Source of the DNA: Octopus bimaculoides | Lineage: Eukaryota | Assembly: GCF_001194135.2 (NCBI RefSeq) | Contig: NC_068989.1 | Location: 75,469,132 to 75,511,578 of the forward strand | Direction: 5' to 3' | DNA: 42,447 nucleotides | Shown here: positions 22,163-33,549 of the stretch, in pieces | How positions within the stretch are numbered: the stretch's first letter is position 1 | Layout of the letters: each line of letters opens with the position of its first letter | Program-made: the position numbers and the translations under genes | The notes under the pieces: generated by a model | Database searches by the model: none | The model's input: only the letters and a program-made list of their open reading frames with translations | What the model was told of the DNA's origin: nothing

Positions 22163-22589
22163 CATCATCATCATCATCATCATCGTTTAACGTCCGCTTT
22201 CCATGCTAGCATGGGTTGGACGATTTGACTGAGGACTGGTGAAACCGGATGGCAACACCAGGCTCCAGTCTGATTTGGCAGAGTTTCTACAGCTGGATGC
22301 CCTTCCTAACGCCAACCACTCAGAGAGTGTAGTGGGTGCTTTTACGTGTCACCTGCACGAAAACGGCCACGCTCGAAATGGTGTCTTTTATGTGCCACCC
22401 TCACAAGCCAGTCCAGGGGCACTGGCAACGATCTCGCTCAAAAATCCTACAGGAGCCAGTCAGGCGGTACTGGCAACGGCCACGCTCAAAATGGTGCATC
22501 TCATGTGCCACCCGCACAAGAACCAGTCCAGGGGCACTTGCAACGATCTTACTTGGCTTGCCGGGTCTTCTCACGCACAGCACATTTCC
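22163..22589 (-). mobile_element. Family B retroposon with tandem modules, young
   Basis: Reverse complement of family B, runs into an N-gap. Confidence 0.88.
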
Positions 22590-22691
22590 NNNNNNNNNNN
22601 NNNNNNNNNNNNNNNNNNNNNNNNNNNNNNNNNNNNNNNNNNNNNNNNNNNNNNNNNNNNNNNNNNNNNNNNNNNNNNNNNNNNNNNNNNN
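22590..22691. other. Assembly gap (others at 21368-21385, 27941-27952, 33334-33529, 37984-38020)
   Basis: Runs of N, all inside or next to repeats; spliced phases are continuous across them, so no exon appears to be missing. Confidence 1.
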
Positions 22692-23120
22692 GACCCAGTA
22701 CCCTATTACAATAACCATGTTTATCAATTGATTGAACAAAGTAGAGAATGGACTTGCTTCCTTATCTTCTTCAGACCCCCCCCCCCTTTATCATTATCAT
22801 TATCATCATTTAACATGCACCTTCCCATGCTTACATCCATGAGATGGAGTTTATTGGATAGATTTTCCATGGCCAGATCCCCTTCCTTGCCAGTCTTTGC
22901 CTCTTTCCAAGCAAGGTAATATTTCACCACAGAAATCAGAAAATGATCAACACCGCTTATATGACAGTAGTGCTCATTTACAGTCATTACATGGTGTCAA
23001 GACAAAGGTACTCTCTAATTATATACACACATACATTTATGTTACAGGCTTTACTTCTGGGACATTTGATGTTTGAGTGTGTGTGTGTGTGTGCTTTTCT
23101 ATTTACTCATAGTATGCTTT

Positions 23121-23546
23121 TTAACCCCTTTTCATACTAAATCACCAAAGATCCCCCTGGTTTTGTATACAAACTCTCTATTTTAAAGTGATCTAAATTA
23201 AAACCTTCAATCAAAGTTTCCCGTTAATTTATGCTCTAAATATCTGCTTCATAATGACAAAGTTATTTTATTGAATTCTTCATCATTATCAATATTAATT
23301 GAAGCAAAAACAGCTTATTTCAACAGAAATACGGTAACAGAAGTGTTAAAGTGATTTAAATGAAAACCTCTGAACACTGGCTTAATGATCCTTTCTATTC
23401 TAGGCACAAGGCTTGAAATTTAGTGAGAAGGTTAACACTGGCTTAATAATGACACTTATTTTACTAAATTACATCTCTGTTTTTTAAAATTAATTGAAAC
23501 AAACAAAGTTTATTTCAACAGAAATATGATAGCGAAAGGGATTTAA
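23121..23546 (+). mobile_element. MITE family 1 full copy plus a second 3' portion
   Basis: TTAAcccctttt at 23121 to aagtgTTAA at 23349, then an internal segment starting agtgat and ending aaagggatttaa. Confidence 0.75.
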
Positions 23547-23619
23547 AAAAAAATGTATTTATCACTGTAATAATCAATATATTGCTTCTTTTTAAGGGAA
23601 TATTTCTTTTTATCAACAG

Positions 23620-23743
23620 GAGCATCTAAAGTCATATGTAGATAAAATGTTTCAAGCAATAACAACATCTGGTTTTGCCTGTCCACAAGTGATGTGTGAA
23701 GTTTTTTACACATTAAAAGAAGCAGCCAGAAAACACTTCCCAG
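23620..23743 (+). CDS. RASA3: RASA3-like exon (RasGAP)
   Basis: tcaacag| EHLKSYVDKMFQAITTSGFACPQVMCEVFYTLKEAARKHFP(D) |gtatgt; phase 0 to 1. Confidence 0.95.
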
Positions 23744-23864
23744 GTATGTGGAACTTTGTAGACATTCTCTCCTGAGCTTATCAAATCTTTGCTTTGCATA
23801 GTTACTTCTCTTTCTCTTGAAATGCACAATAGATGTGATCTTAAAACTGGGGGTTAATTGTTCA

Positions 23865-24275
23865 TACTCTTTACTCTTACTCTTTTACTTGTTTCATTCA
23901 TTTGACTGTGGCCATGCTGGAGCACCGCCTTTAGTCGAGCAAATCGACCCCAGGACTTATTCTTTGTAAGCCTAGTATTTATTCTCTTGGTCTCTTTTAC
24001 AGAACCGCTAAGTTACAAGGACGTAAACACACTAGCATCGGTTGTCAAGCAATGCTGGGAGAACAAACACAGACATACAAACACAGACACACACACACAC
24101 ATATATATACATATATACGACGGGCTTCTTTCAGTTTCCATCTACCAAATCCACTCACAAGGCTTTGCTCGGCTTGAGGCTATAGTAGAAGATACTTGCC
24201 GAAGGTGCCACGCTGTGGGACTGAACCCGGGCCCATGTGGTTCGTAAGCAAACTACTTACCACACAGCCACTCCT
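23865..24275 (-). mobile_element. SINE family A, full length, reverse
   Basis: Reverse complement of the family A blocks. Confidence 0.9.
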
Positions 24276-24624
24276 ATATTAACTATTAGTTCAAATCTTA
24301 CTGTATCTCATTGTATTGTGTCCTGGGCAAGGTACATAATGCTTTTTCTCAGCCTGTTAAACTGACCACATCTCCCCACTTACTTCTAGTTGAGTGGTTT
24401 GTCACACGAAGGGTTTTTAGTTGTTTCATTGCTGAAATTATTTATAAATATCCAAATTTTTAAAATTCATCCCAATATCAAGACTTAAAATACACCACTG
24501 CCACCTCAGTGTACTGGATGCTTTTTTTTGTGGCATTAGGAAGGGCATCCAGTAGTAGGAACCATGCTAAAAGCATGGTGATGATGACTAAAAAATAATA
24601 ATTAAAAAACAAATTTAAAAATAA

Positions 24625-24897
24625 GGTGATGTTATGTTACCAACTTAATGTGGCAGTCCCATGAAAGGGAAGAATGCTACTGCTATTTAGCCCAAGGAAA
24701 CACCGTTTCCAGTTGGCCTCGACACATTTTCTATGTCTTTGTTTACAAATGGGGAGATAAGCACTTCCATCCAGCAAAGCCAGCATCCAGAGACTAGTTT
24801 CAGAGTCATTGCTCATCATCAGTTTGGAGTAGCATGGCCTGCTTGCTGTCGATGCTTATTCACTTTTGAAAACATATATATTTCAAGTGAAATCCAT
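24625..24897 (-). mobile_element. Dispersed F1 retrozyme-like copy (sub-monomer with internal hammerhead)
   Basis: Aligns by eye along its length to 36440-36720 (caacttaatgtg.cagtcccatgaa, ggcctcgacacattt, gagacaagcac.tcca, agtgaaat.catt). Confidence 0.8.
24777..24840 (-). ncRNA. Type I hammerhead ribozyme motif (family F1), catalytic core intact
   Basis: Minus strand reads AGGCCATGC-TAC-TCCAAA CTGATGA TGAG-CAATGA-CTCT GAAA CTAG TC | TCTGGA-T-GCTGGCTT. It has CUGAUGA, GAAA, a GUC triplet, stems I-III and an internal loop in stem I. Confidence 0.85.
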
Positions 24898-25214
24898 TTT
24901 TCCTTCAAACCATTTCCAGCCAGGACAAACTGGTTAGTGAACTCCTGGCTACACACTGTCTTAAAAAGAAGGAAAGGCCATAGTTGGAACAGTAGTTGGA
25001 CTATGAAAGGTCAACAGTGACTGGGCATGAAAACATTCAGATTTACATATGTATATTTAAGAAAGAAAAAGCAAAAAAACATTCATCACCATCACTTGTA
25101 AGCAAGTATACTTAGTAACATGTACCTTTTGCTAATTGTTTTAGGTCCCTATATAGTCATGAGCAGATATAGACTCTCTCTTGGCTCTCTCGGTCTTTGA
25201 CCCAGTAAAGAGCA

Positions 25215-25553
25215 AAAGGGTAAAGACCCCTGTCGGTCATGAACGACCATAGGGTTGCACCTAGAAAGTTCCCACCCACGGCACAAGTCCAGGCAAGGTT
25301 GTTTATGGAAGACCAGCAGTTGCCCATGCATACCGGACTCCCCTTTCCACGCTACTGATGTTATTCAAGGGAAAGGCAAAGGCCGATACAGCTTGGCACC
25401 TGTGACGTCGCAACTTGTTTCTACATCTGAGTGAACTGGAGCAACACAAAATAAAGTGTCTTGCTCAAGAACATAACGCACAGCTTGGTCTGGGAATCGA
25501 TCTTACTACTTCATGATTGTGAGCTTGATGCTTTAACCACTGAGCCATATACC
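25215..25553 (-). mobile_element. tRNA-headed SINE family D
   Basis: Reverse complement has a tRNA-like head (tggctcagtggttaaagc..atcgattcccagacc) then gttcttgagcaagacactttatt; tail fragment also at 26535-26692 and a related head at 12705-12985. Confidence 0.8.
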
Positions 25554-26287
25554 GTCATTGACCCTGTAGAACATCTTAAAACAATGACTGAAAACATGGT
25601 ACTTGTTTCCAAGCCATACCAGTTCATGGATGACAATTGGTTCATTAGTTACCGGCCTTAGAGCATTAATTTCACGAGCATCAATTATATTTAGTTAGAT
25701 GTCCACTGTAGTATAATCGATATGGATGTCATGCCTTGGTTTTCTGGCCTCTTCTCTTGCATTTTTACCTCTCATCTCCTTGCATAAAACTGCTTTCTCT
25801 TGGTGTTTGTCTTCTTGCAAGCTCTATGACAATCTCACTAGTGCTGATGGCACTTTAAAAAAAAAAAACATGCTATTAAGTGGTTGGTGTTTCAAAGAGC
25901 ATTCAACCTTAGAAACCATCCCAAAGTAGACACTGTAGGACAATTGTCCAACTCATGGACATTAAATGCTTATAATGATATGACACTCAGGCTTTTAAGT
26001 AAGGTTTTGCTATGCTTATTCTATATTAAAAAACTGATTGGGAGAGGTTGATATATCCATGTTCTCTTTACAAAAGAAATATCACAGAACCATAGATGCT
26101 ACATTCAAAAACAGAATACTGTAAAGGGGCCATATTCCCCCTTGTACTTTCAGCTCTTAAACCAACCCAAATATTTTAAAAGAAAATATTGATCGCATTG
26201 AAAGTATTGGTCTTAAAATTTTTTTTACCAAAATTCACTTCTGTTTTACTGATTAAATGATATTTATCTTACATTATTTTTTCCCAG

Positions 26288-26394
26288 ATAACCGAGAAGT
26301 TCGATATCAAGTTGTAAGTGGTTTTGTCTTCCTTCGGTTTTTTGCCCCAGCAATTTTAGGTCCAAAGCTTTTTGAATTACGAACCAACATGCAG
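26288..26394 (+). CDS. RASA3: RASA3-like exon (FLR signature)
   Basis: ttcccag| [35 protein letters not shown] |gtgagt; phase 1 to 0. Confidence 0.96.
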
Positions 26395-27203
26395 GTGAGT
26401 CTATCGTTAACTTACAACATTTTTTTTTTTCCACAAAAGTACATCTTAATAACATGGTTGAATGGTTAAGGTATTAGGTCACCTGTATTTAGATATCTGG
26501 TTCAAATCTATTCCAGGTGTTTCATTATAAAGGGAAAAGACCCCCTTTGGTCATGAATGACCATGAGATTGCACTTAGAAAGTTCCCCTCCAAGGCACAA
26601 GTCCAGTTAAGGTTGTTTATGGAAGACCAGCAGTCACCCATGCACACCAGTCTCCCTGCTCCACGCCACTGATGTTATCCATGTGACATCTTGAGCAAGT
26701 GTCTTCTACTATAACCCCAGCTGACCAAAGCCTTGTGAATGAAGGTGACAGAGAGAAACTGAAAGAACCATCAGGATGATATATATCTATATCTACATAT
26801 ATGTATATGGAAACTGTGGAAGCCCTGAATATGTGTTTGTGTGTATGTGTGTGTTTTGGTTTGTTGGCTACCCTGTAACAGCATTTTGGGGAAAAGAGTT
26901 TGCTAAGATAAATACCAGATGAAAGAAGTAAATACTGGGTCAGTTTGTTTGGCTAAATCTTTCTAGACAATGCTCCAGCATGACTGCAGTCCAATGACAG
27001 AAATATGTAAAAGATAAACGATATCTTTTCTACATTTTCTTATAATGGTATGTTCTTCCACAGTGATATATATATACTTGTGAACAATACTTATCTATTA
27101 CATTTGTCTCATTGTATATCTAGAACATCTAAACATACCGACGTTCAGAAATTTTGTGTCATACTGTTTTCATTCTTTCTTTCTTTCTTTCTTTTTTATT
27201 CAG

Positions 27204-27281
27204 GATGCAACGACCAATCGAGCCTTAACTCTCATCTCTAAAGCAATACAGGGACTTGGAAATCTAGTCAGTTCTCGTTCA
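27204..27281 (+). CDS. RASA3: RASA3-like exon (RasGAP)
   Basis: tattcag| DATTNRALTLISKAIQGLGNLVSSRS |gttagt; phase 0 to 0. Confidence 0.93.
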
Positions 27282-27371
27282 GTTAGTAATGTTTTTGGTT
27301 TTTATATTATTTACTTTACCTTTCACTTTTATATAAGAGGAGCAAATCAAATGGAAATTGTAGTTGTAAGC

Positions 27372-27745
27372 CCTGTGCTGGTAGCATGTAAAAAGCACCA
27401 TCTGAACGTGACCGATGCCAGTGCTGCCTTGATTGGCTTCCGTGCCGGTGGCACATAAAAAGCACCATCCAATTGTGGTTGGTGCCAGCTCCTCTGGCCC
27501 CTTGTGCTGGTGCCATGTAAAAAGCACCCACTACACTCTCGGAGTGGTTGGCATTAGGAAGGGCATTCAGCCGTGGAAACCATTCTCAAATCAGACTGGA
27601 ATCTTGTGCAACTCTCTGGTTTACCAGTTCCGGTCAAACCATCTAATCTATGCCATCATGGAATGCAGACGTTAAATGATGACGTTGATGATGGTGGTGG
27701 TGGTGGTGGTGGTGGTGGTGATGATGATGATGATGATGAGGATGT
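27372..27745 (+). mobile_element. Family B retroposon with tandem modules and a (GAT)/(GGT)n tail
   Basis: Same blocks. Confidence 0.82.
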
Positions 27746-27789
27746 CGTCATTGTCTGAACAGTGTATGTACTAATATTACTGGAATAAG

Positions 27790-28025
27790 GAGGTGGCGAA
27801 CTGGCAGAATTGTGTGCACACCAGGCAAAAAATGATTTGTGGTATTCTGGCTGTCTGTATGTTCTGGGTTCAAATGCTGCCGAGGTCGACTTTACCTCTC
27901 ATCCTTTTAGGGTCAATAAAATAAGTATCAGGTGAGCACTNNNNNNNNNNNNGATGTAATTGATTTATGCACCCCTACAAAAAAAATTGCTGACCTTCTG
28001 TCAAAATTGGAAATCAGTATTATTG
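27790..28025 (+). mobile_element. SINE family C (spans an N-gap)
   Basis: Same head and central block. Confidence 0.8.
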
Positions 28026-28051
28026 GGATAATATGGTGGTGGTGGGGGGTT

Positions 28052-28117
28052 AGCTAAGTAGTATACTATATTACACTATAGTACAGCTAAGTAGTATACT
28101 ATGATACACTATAGTAC
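28052..28117. repeat. 33-bp tandem duplication rich in short palindromes
   Basis: agctaagtagtatactat(at/ga)tacactatagtac x2. Confidence 0.85.
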
Positions 28118-28513
28118 ATTGTATAAGTATTTGTATCTGTTTCTCCCTCATCACCGCTTGACAACCTGTGCTGGTGTATTTACATCCCCCCATAACTTAA
28201 TGGTACGGTAGAAGAGACCAACAGAAAAGTGTTAAGCTTAAAAAAAAAAATAATAAATACTGGGGTCAATTCATTTGATTAGAAATCCTTCAAGCAGTGT
28301 TCCAGCATGGTCGCAGTTTATGTCTGAAAAAAGTAACGATAGAAGATGTTAATAGATTTTGTATACTAACTTTTTAACTTTTATGGTATATTTCATACAA
28401 TGAGGATTTTATCTCTATAAAAGTTTATTTGGTGGGGTAAGTAAAACTGTTGATTTGTTGTGAGGAATTGCTAAAGGTTTATGTACATTTTTTCCCCTTC
28501 TGTTTTATTTTAG

Positions 28514-28597
28514 CATTCCTTTGGGCTCAAGGAAGATTACATGGTTCCTCTTTTTCAATATTTGTCTGGAGAGAAGCATATTGACAGCGTTAAAAAG
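28514..28597 (+). CDS. RASA3: RASA3-like exon (RasGAP end)
   Basis: attttag| HSFGLKEDYMVPLFQYLSGEKHIDSVKK |gtaaca; phase 0 to 0. Confidence 0.92.
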
Positions 28598-28789
28598 GTA
28601 ACAGTTCTTCTACATTAATTCCCTGCATTTATGGTTTTTATATCAGGTGAATTTCTTTGGTGTTTGTCTTCATTGATCCGGTGCTTACATGCAGTATGAG
28701 TGTTAGGATATTTTCTCTTCTAAATCATTGTGTGTCAGTTTTCTTTCAACCACTCTCACGCACGTGCATGTGTGACAGACTTTCAGTTT

Positions 28790-28996
28790 CTTATTTCTTC
28801 ATTGCCCACAAGGGGCTACACACAAAGGGAAGTTGATTATATCGACCCCAGTGCATAACTGGTACTTATTTAATCGACCCCGAAAGGATGAAAGGCAAAG
28901 TCAACCTCGGCAGAATTTGAACTCAGAACGTAGCGGCAGACGAAATACCGCTAAGCATTTTGCCCGGCGTGCCAACGTTTCTGCCAGCTCGCCGCC
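28790..28996 (-). mobile_element. SINE family C, young CpG-rich copy
   Basis: Reverse complement reads ggcggcgagctggcagaaacgttggcacgccgggc..gttctgagttcaaattctgccgagg. Confidence 0.88.
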
Positions 28997-29149
28997 TTTC
29001 AGTTTCAGACAGACTTTCAGTTTCTGTCTACCAAATTCACAAAGCTTTTTGTCGGCCCCAAAGCTTTAGTAGAAGAAACTTGTCCATGTGGTTGGGAATC
29101 ACACACAACACACACACACACCCGTGTTCATTCACTTCACTTCACAATA

Positions 29150-29440
29150 CTAGGCAATGACAAGTGACTGAGACCTTTGGTGATATGCTGTGCTTGAGAA
29201 GACTTATCAAACCAAGTGAAATTGTAGCTGTGGCTGTTGTCAGTGTCATCTAAATGGCACCCGTGCTGGTGGCACATAAAATAGCACCCATTACACTCTT
29301 GGAGTGGTCAGCATTAGGTAGGGCATCCAGCTGTAGAAACCATGCCAAATCAGACTGGAACATGGTGCAGCCCTCCAGTTTTGAGTCAAACTGTCTAACT
29401 TATGCTTGCATGGAAAGCGGATGTTAAATGATGATAATGA
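29150..29440 (+). mobile_element. Family B retroposon
   Basis: Same blocks. Confidence 0.8.
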
Positions 29441-29489
29441 ATACTAATAAGCTATTGTTAGAACTCGATATACATCAGGTGAGTACGGA

Positions 29490-29735
29490 GTGTGTGTGTT
29501 TGTGTTTTGTGTTGTGTGAGTGTAGTGTGCGTTTGTGTTGTGAGAATGTAGTGTGCGTTTGTGTTGTGAGAATGTAGTGTGTTTATGTGTGTGTTTGTGT
29601 TTTGTGTGAATGTATTGTGTAGTGTGTGTGTTTTGTGTGAATGTATTATGTAGTGTGTGTGTGTTTTTGTTGTGTGAGTGTTCTGTGTGTGTGTTTGTGT
29701 TTTGTGAGTGTATTGTGAAGTGTATGTCTGTGTGT
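29490..29735. repeat. Degenerate (TG)n-rich low-complexity tract
   Basis: Read directly. Confidence 0.9.
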
Positions 29736-29802
29736 ATGCTCCTATACATGTGAGATAAATTTCTGTTGCAGTTCCTAGATTTGTTTGTCTTAAATTTTTC
29801 AG

Positions 29803-29876
29803 TTCTTGGACATTATATCTTCTGGATCAAGAGTATCAATAAGAGACATTGAAGCCCCAACAATATTGAAGGAAGG
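29803..29876 (+). CDS. RASA3: RASA3-like exon (GAP-PH linker)
   Basis: ttttcag| FLDIISSGSRVSIRDIEAPTILKE(G) |gtgagt; phase 0 to 2. Confidence 0.94.
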
Positions 29877-29902
29877 GTGAGTCACCAGTTATATTCACAC
29901 TG

Positions 29903-30092
29903 CCCTCCTCCTCCTCCTCCTCCTCCTTTCCCTTCTTCCTTTCCTCCACCCTTTCCCCCTCCCTTCCTTTCTTCCTTTCCTCCACCCTTTCCCCTCCCTT
30001 ACCTCCTCCCCTTCCTCCTCCCATCCTGCGTCCTCCTCCCCTTCTCCCATTCCCCTCCTTCTCTTCCACATCCTCCTCCTCTTTCTCTTCCC
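29903..30092. repeat. (CCT)n-type polypyrimidine tract
   Basis: About 190 nt almost entirely C/T, with repeated ttcctccacccttcccct units. Confidence 0.95.
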
Positions 30093-30823
30093 TGTGAGGG
30101 AAACTCAGTACGTGGAAACTGTAATGAAGCTGTTAGGGAGATGGATTTGGGTTTTGGGTGTGGTTGGATATGAAGTAGAGGTGTTGACGTAGCAGATTCA
30201 TTGAGCAGTAGAGCTTGGCTTGTGTTGGGCAAAAAAAAAAAATACTAGAGGAGGTACTGGGTAGGGTACCTCCATGCAGTACTGGCCAGCCAGATGGAGA
30301 TGTACTGTACTTAAGTGGCTGAGACCTCAATGAGATCCAGCGGGGTAGGAGATGTTTTGGCACAACTGCTTTGGTGCCATCTATTTGGCATCACCGTTTA
30401 CATATGTGAGCATCTAGTCATGTTTGTATATGTGTATAATGTCTCTTTCTCCCTATCACCCTTTCTATTTGTATGTGTGTATTTCTTTGCATTTGTGTGT
30501 GTGTGTGTGTGCATTTGCCTCCAGTATCAAAATATACTGTTGCCAAAACAGGCTGAAAGTCCAGTCATCTGGGCCAAATTGTCAGCATTCAAACAGCCAC
30601 GCCCGCTTGTCTCATCACTTGTCTCATTCCAGGTGCATGTCCAGTGTACTGCTGACAGTCATCCTGTATTTGCTGTGAGGGACTCTACTGTTGATATATT
30701 TTATTCACTGCTTCTATTGCTATCACTTTAGACTGTCAACATTTTGTCTTTTCTTTCATAACAACATATTTCTTGGTGTTTTTATCCAGCTAATAAAGTG
30801 TTTTTCTTGTTTCATGTTAAAAG

Positions 30824-30930
30824 TATGATGATCAAAAGGGCCCAAGGACGTGGTATTTTTGGTGTCAAGAACTTCAAACGTCGTTATCTCTGTTTAACAA
30901 ATCAAAGTCTATTCTACTCCCGAGAAAAGG
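30824..30930 (+). CDS. RASA3: RASA3-like exon (PH beta1-beta3)
   Basis: gttaaaag| MMIKRAQGRGIFGVKNFKRRYLCLTNQSLFYSREK(G) |gtaagt; phase 2 to 1 (weak AAG acceptor). Confidence 0.94.
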
Positions 30931-31447
30931 GTAAGTCCTTACTTAAATATGCATTTTCTTCTTCAAATTCAAAATGTCTCATTCTGCACCGTTGTGAGGG
31001 GATAGTTATCTCCCTTTTTTAACAGCCGTAGCCAAAGGACACCACATGGACTTACTTAAATAGTTTTAAAAATATGTTTCTTTTAAGTATTAGAGAATTA
31101 TTATTTCTGAATACAGTATTAGAGAAATACTGAAAATTAATCATAGAGAGCTGTTTGGTGCAATTTGAAAAGCAATTAAATGAAGGATCTATTGTGAAAC
31201 TAAATTAAAGTTCCTTAGATATTCCTCTGTACTTTAGTGTCACTAATGAGTTTTTAATTAAACATCTACCTGACTGATACAAATTATTGTTTGTCCAATT
31301 ATAATTTTCCAGACAATAGATCTAATTTTTACAGATGCAACAGTTTTCTTTCTTGTATATACATCTACTTAAATCCAGGGCTGTCTTAGCACTATTATTG
31401 GTTCCTGGGTAAATCAGTGGACTGGATGCATAATATTTATTTATTGA

Positions 31448-31605
31448 CAGGAGTGGCTGTGTGGTAAGTAGCTTGCTTACCAACCACATGGTTCCGGGTT
31501 CAATCCTACTGCATGGCACTTTAGGCAAGTGTCTTCTATTATAGCTTCGGGCTGACCAAAGCCTTGTGAGTGGATTTGGTAGACGGAAACTGAAAGAATC
31601 CTGTC

Positions 31606-31653
<48 letters not shown>

Positions 31654-31865
31654 CTATGTTTGTGTGTCTGTGTTTGTCTCCCCAACATCGCTTGACAACC
31701 GATGGTGGTGTGTTTATGTCTCCGTAACTTAGCGGTTCGGCAAAAGAGACCGATAGAATAAGTATTAGGCTTCTAAAGAATAAGTCCTGGGGTCGATTTG
31801 CTCGACTGAAGGCGGTGCTCCAGCATGGCTGCAGTCAAATGACTGAAACAAGTAAAAGAGTAAAA
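31448..31865 (+). mobile_element. SINE family A, full length
   Basis: Same blocks. Confidence 0.9.
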
Positions 31866-31994
31866 CAGTAATAAAAATAACAATAAGTGCATGAGATTAA
31901 TTGGCAAAAATATGACCATCCCGAAGCATAGCTATGTCTACAGCTTTGATTCATTTTTCTTTTTTTTCTTCCTTCCTTTCGTTTTTCTATTCAG

Positions 31995-32077
31995 GTGATG
32001 AAGTTCTGTGTGAAATCCCTATTCATAACATATGGGCTGTCGAACGGTTACAAGAGGAGTCATTCAAAATGAAATAT
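31995..32077 (+). CDS. RASA3: RASA3-like exon (PH)
   Basis: tattcag| DEVLCEIPIHNIWAVERLQEESFKMKY |gtgagt; phase 1 to 0. Confidence 0.95.
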
Positions 32078-32989
32078 GTGAGTACCTTAAAATCTCCCTA
32101 TGTTTCCAATACAAATTATCATTGTGATGATATGCAGCTGCTGTTATTGTTGTTGCTGTTGTTGTCGTTCTGTTGATTCTCTAGTGTTCACCTTTTTGTA
32201 ATCTGAGCATTCATTCTGATATCTCTGCACCATTTCTTCTTTTCTAACTGGGATAGGCATGTATCTCCTCCTCTGCAACATACCTGTAATTACCTGTAAT
32301 TGAATCTCTCGTCACCTGGCATTAAGCCACCTCCTTCAACACTACCCCCTCCCCCAGTTGAGGGCAGTCTTGTCTTGTGAGTTACTCAATGACCTCACTT
32401 AGGCTAGTACCACATAAAAAAATAAAAAAACATCCCATACACTCTGGAAGTGGTGGTATTAGGAAGGGCCTCCAGCTGTAGAAACCAATCCAATGCAGAC
32501 ATTGGAGCTTGGCATAATTCTCTGGTTTCTCATCTCCTGTCAAACTGTCCAATCCATGACAGCATGAAAAATGAGTGTTAAACAATGATGATGATAATAC
32601 TGTTGCCATAACTGTTGTTGTTTTAGATGCGACGTCAACTCCAATCTTTGGTGAAAGACATTTGGCGAAAGTCATTCCGATTATTGATCACTCTATCAAG
32701 AACTACATTATCCAGTCTATTCTCTTCTTATTTAAGATGTTAGGCAGTGATCGAGGGAGGTTTGGTTGCTAGTTCCATCCAGAAGGATAAGTGACTATGC
32801 TAATTAGCGCTAGTCTTAAAATAGGAACAGAATCCATTTGTCTGACTAAACTCTTCGTGGCAGTGCCCCAGCATGACCACAGTTCAGTGATTGAAACAAG
32901 TAAAAGAATTATTGCTCATAAGCTTACATATCCTTTTCTCCACTGTCTATCCCATTTCCTTGTTTTAATCCCTTTATTGTTTCTTCTAG

Positions 32990-33060
32990 ATGTTTCAAGT
33001 CGTACAACCAGAAAGAGCCCTGTATATACAAGCTAACAACTGTGTAGAAGAAAAGGAATG
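32990..33060 (+). CDS. RASA3: RASA3-like exon (PH)
   Basis: cttctag| MFQVVQPERALYIQANNCVEEKE(W) |gtaaag; phase 0 to 2. Confidence 0.96.
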
Positions 33061-33272
33061 GTAAAGGATTCTTAATTTTCTTTTTTATCAGCGTTTTAGT
33101 TTTGGCCTTTTGTGGAAAATGAAAATACATGATGTGGAGCAGGGTGATGCTTTAGCTCTGTGGCAGCCAAAGCCTTGTGTGTGGATTTCATTGACAGAAA
33201 CTGAAAGAAGCCTCTGTGTGTGTGTGTGTGTGTGCGTGCGCGTATATGTATAGGTGCGCGTATATATATATA

Positions 33273-33333
<61 letters not shown>

Positions 33334-33549
33334 NNNNNNNNNNNNNNNNNNNNNNNNNNNNNNNNNNNNNNNNNNNNNNNNNNNNNNNNNNNNNNNNNNN
33401 NNNNNNNNNNNNNNNNNNNNNNNNNNNNNNNNNNNNNNNNNNNNNNNNNNNNNNNNNNNNNNNNNNNNNNNNNNNNNNNNNNNNNNNNNNNNNNNNNNNN
33501 NNNNNNNNNNNNNNNNNNNNNNNNNNNNNGATGATATATATATATATAT

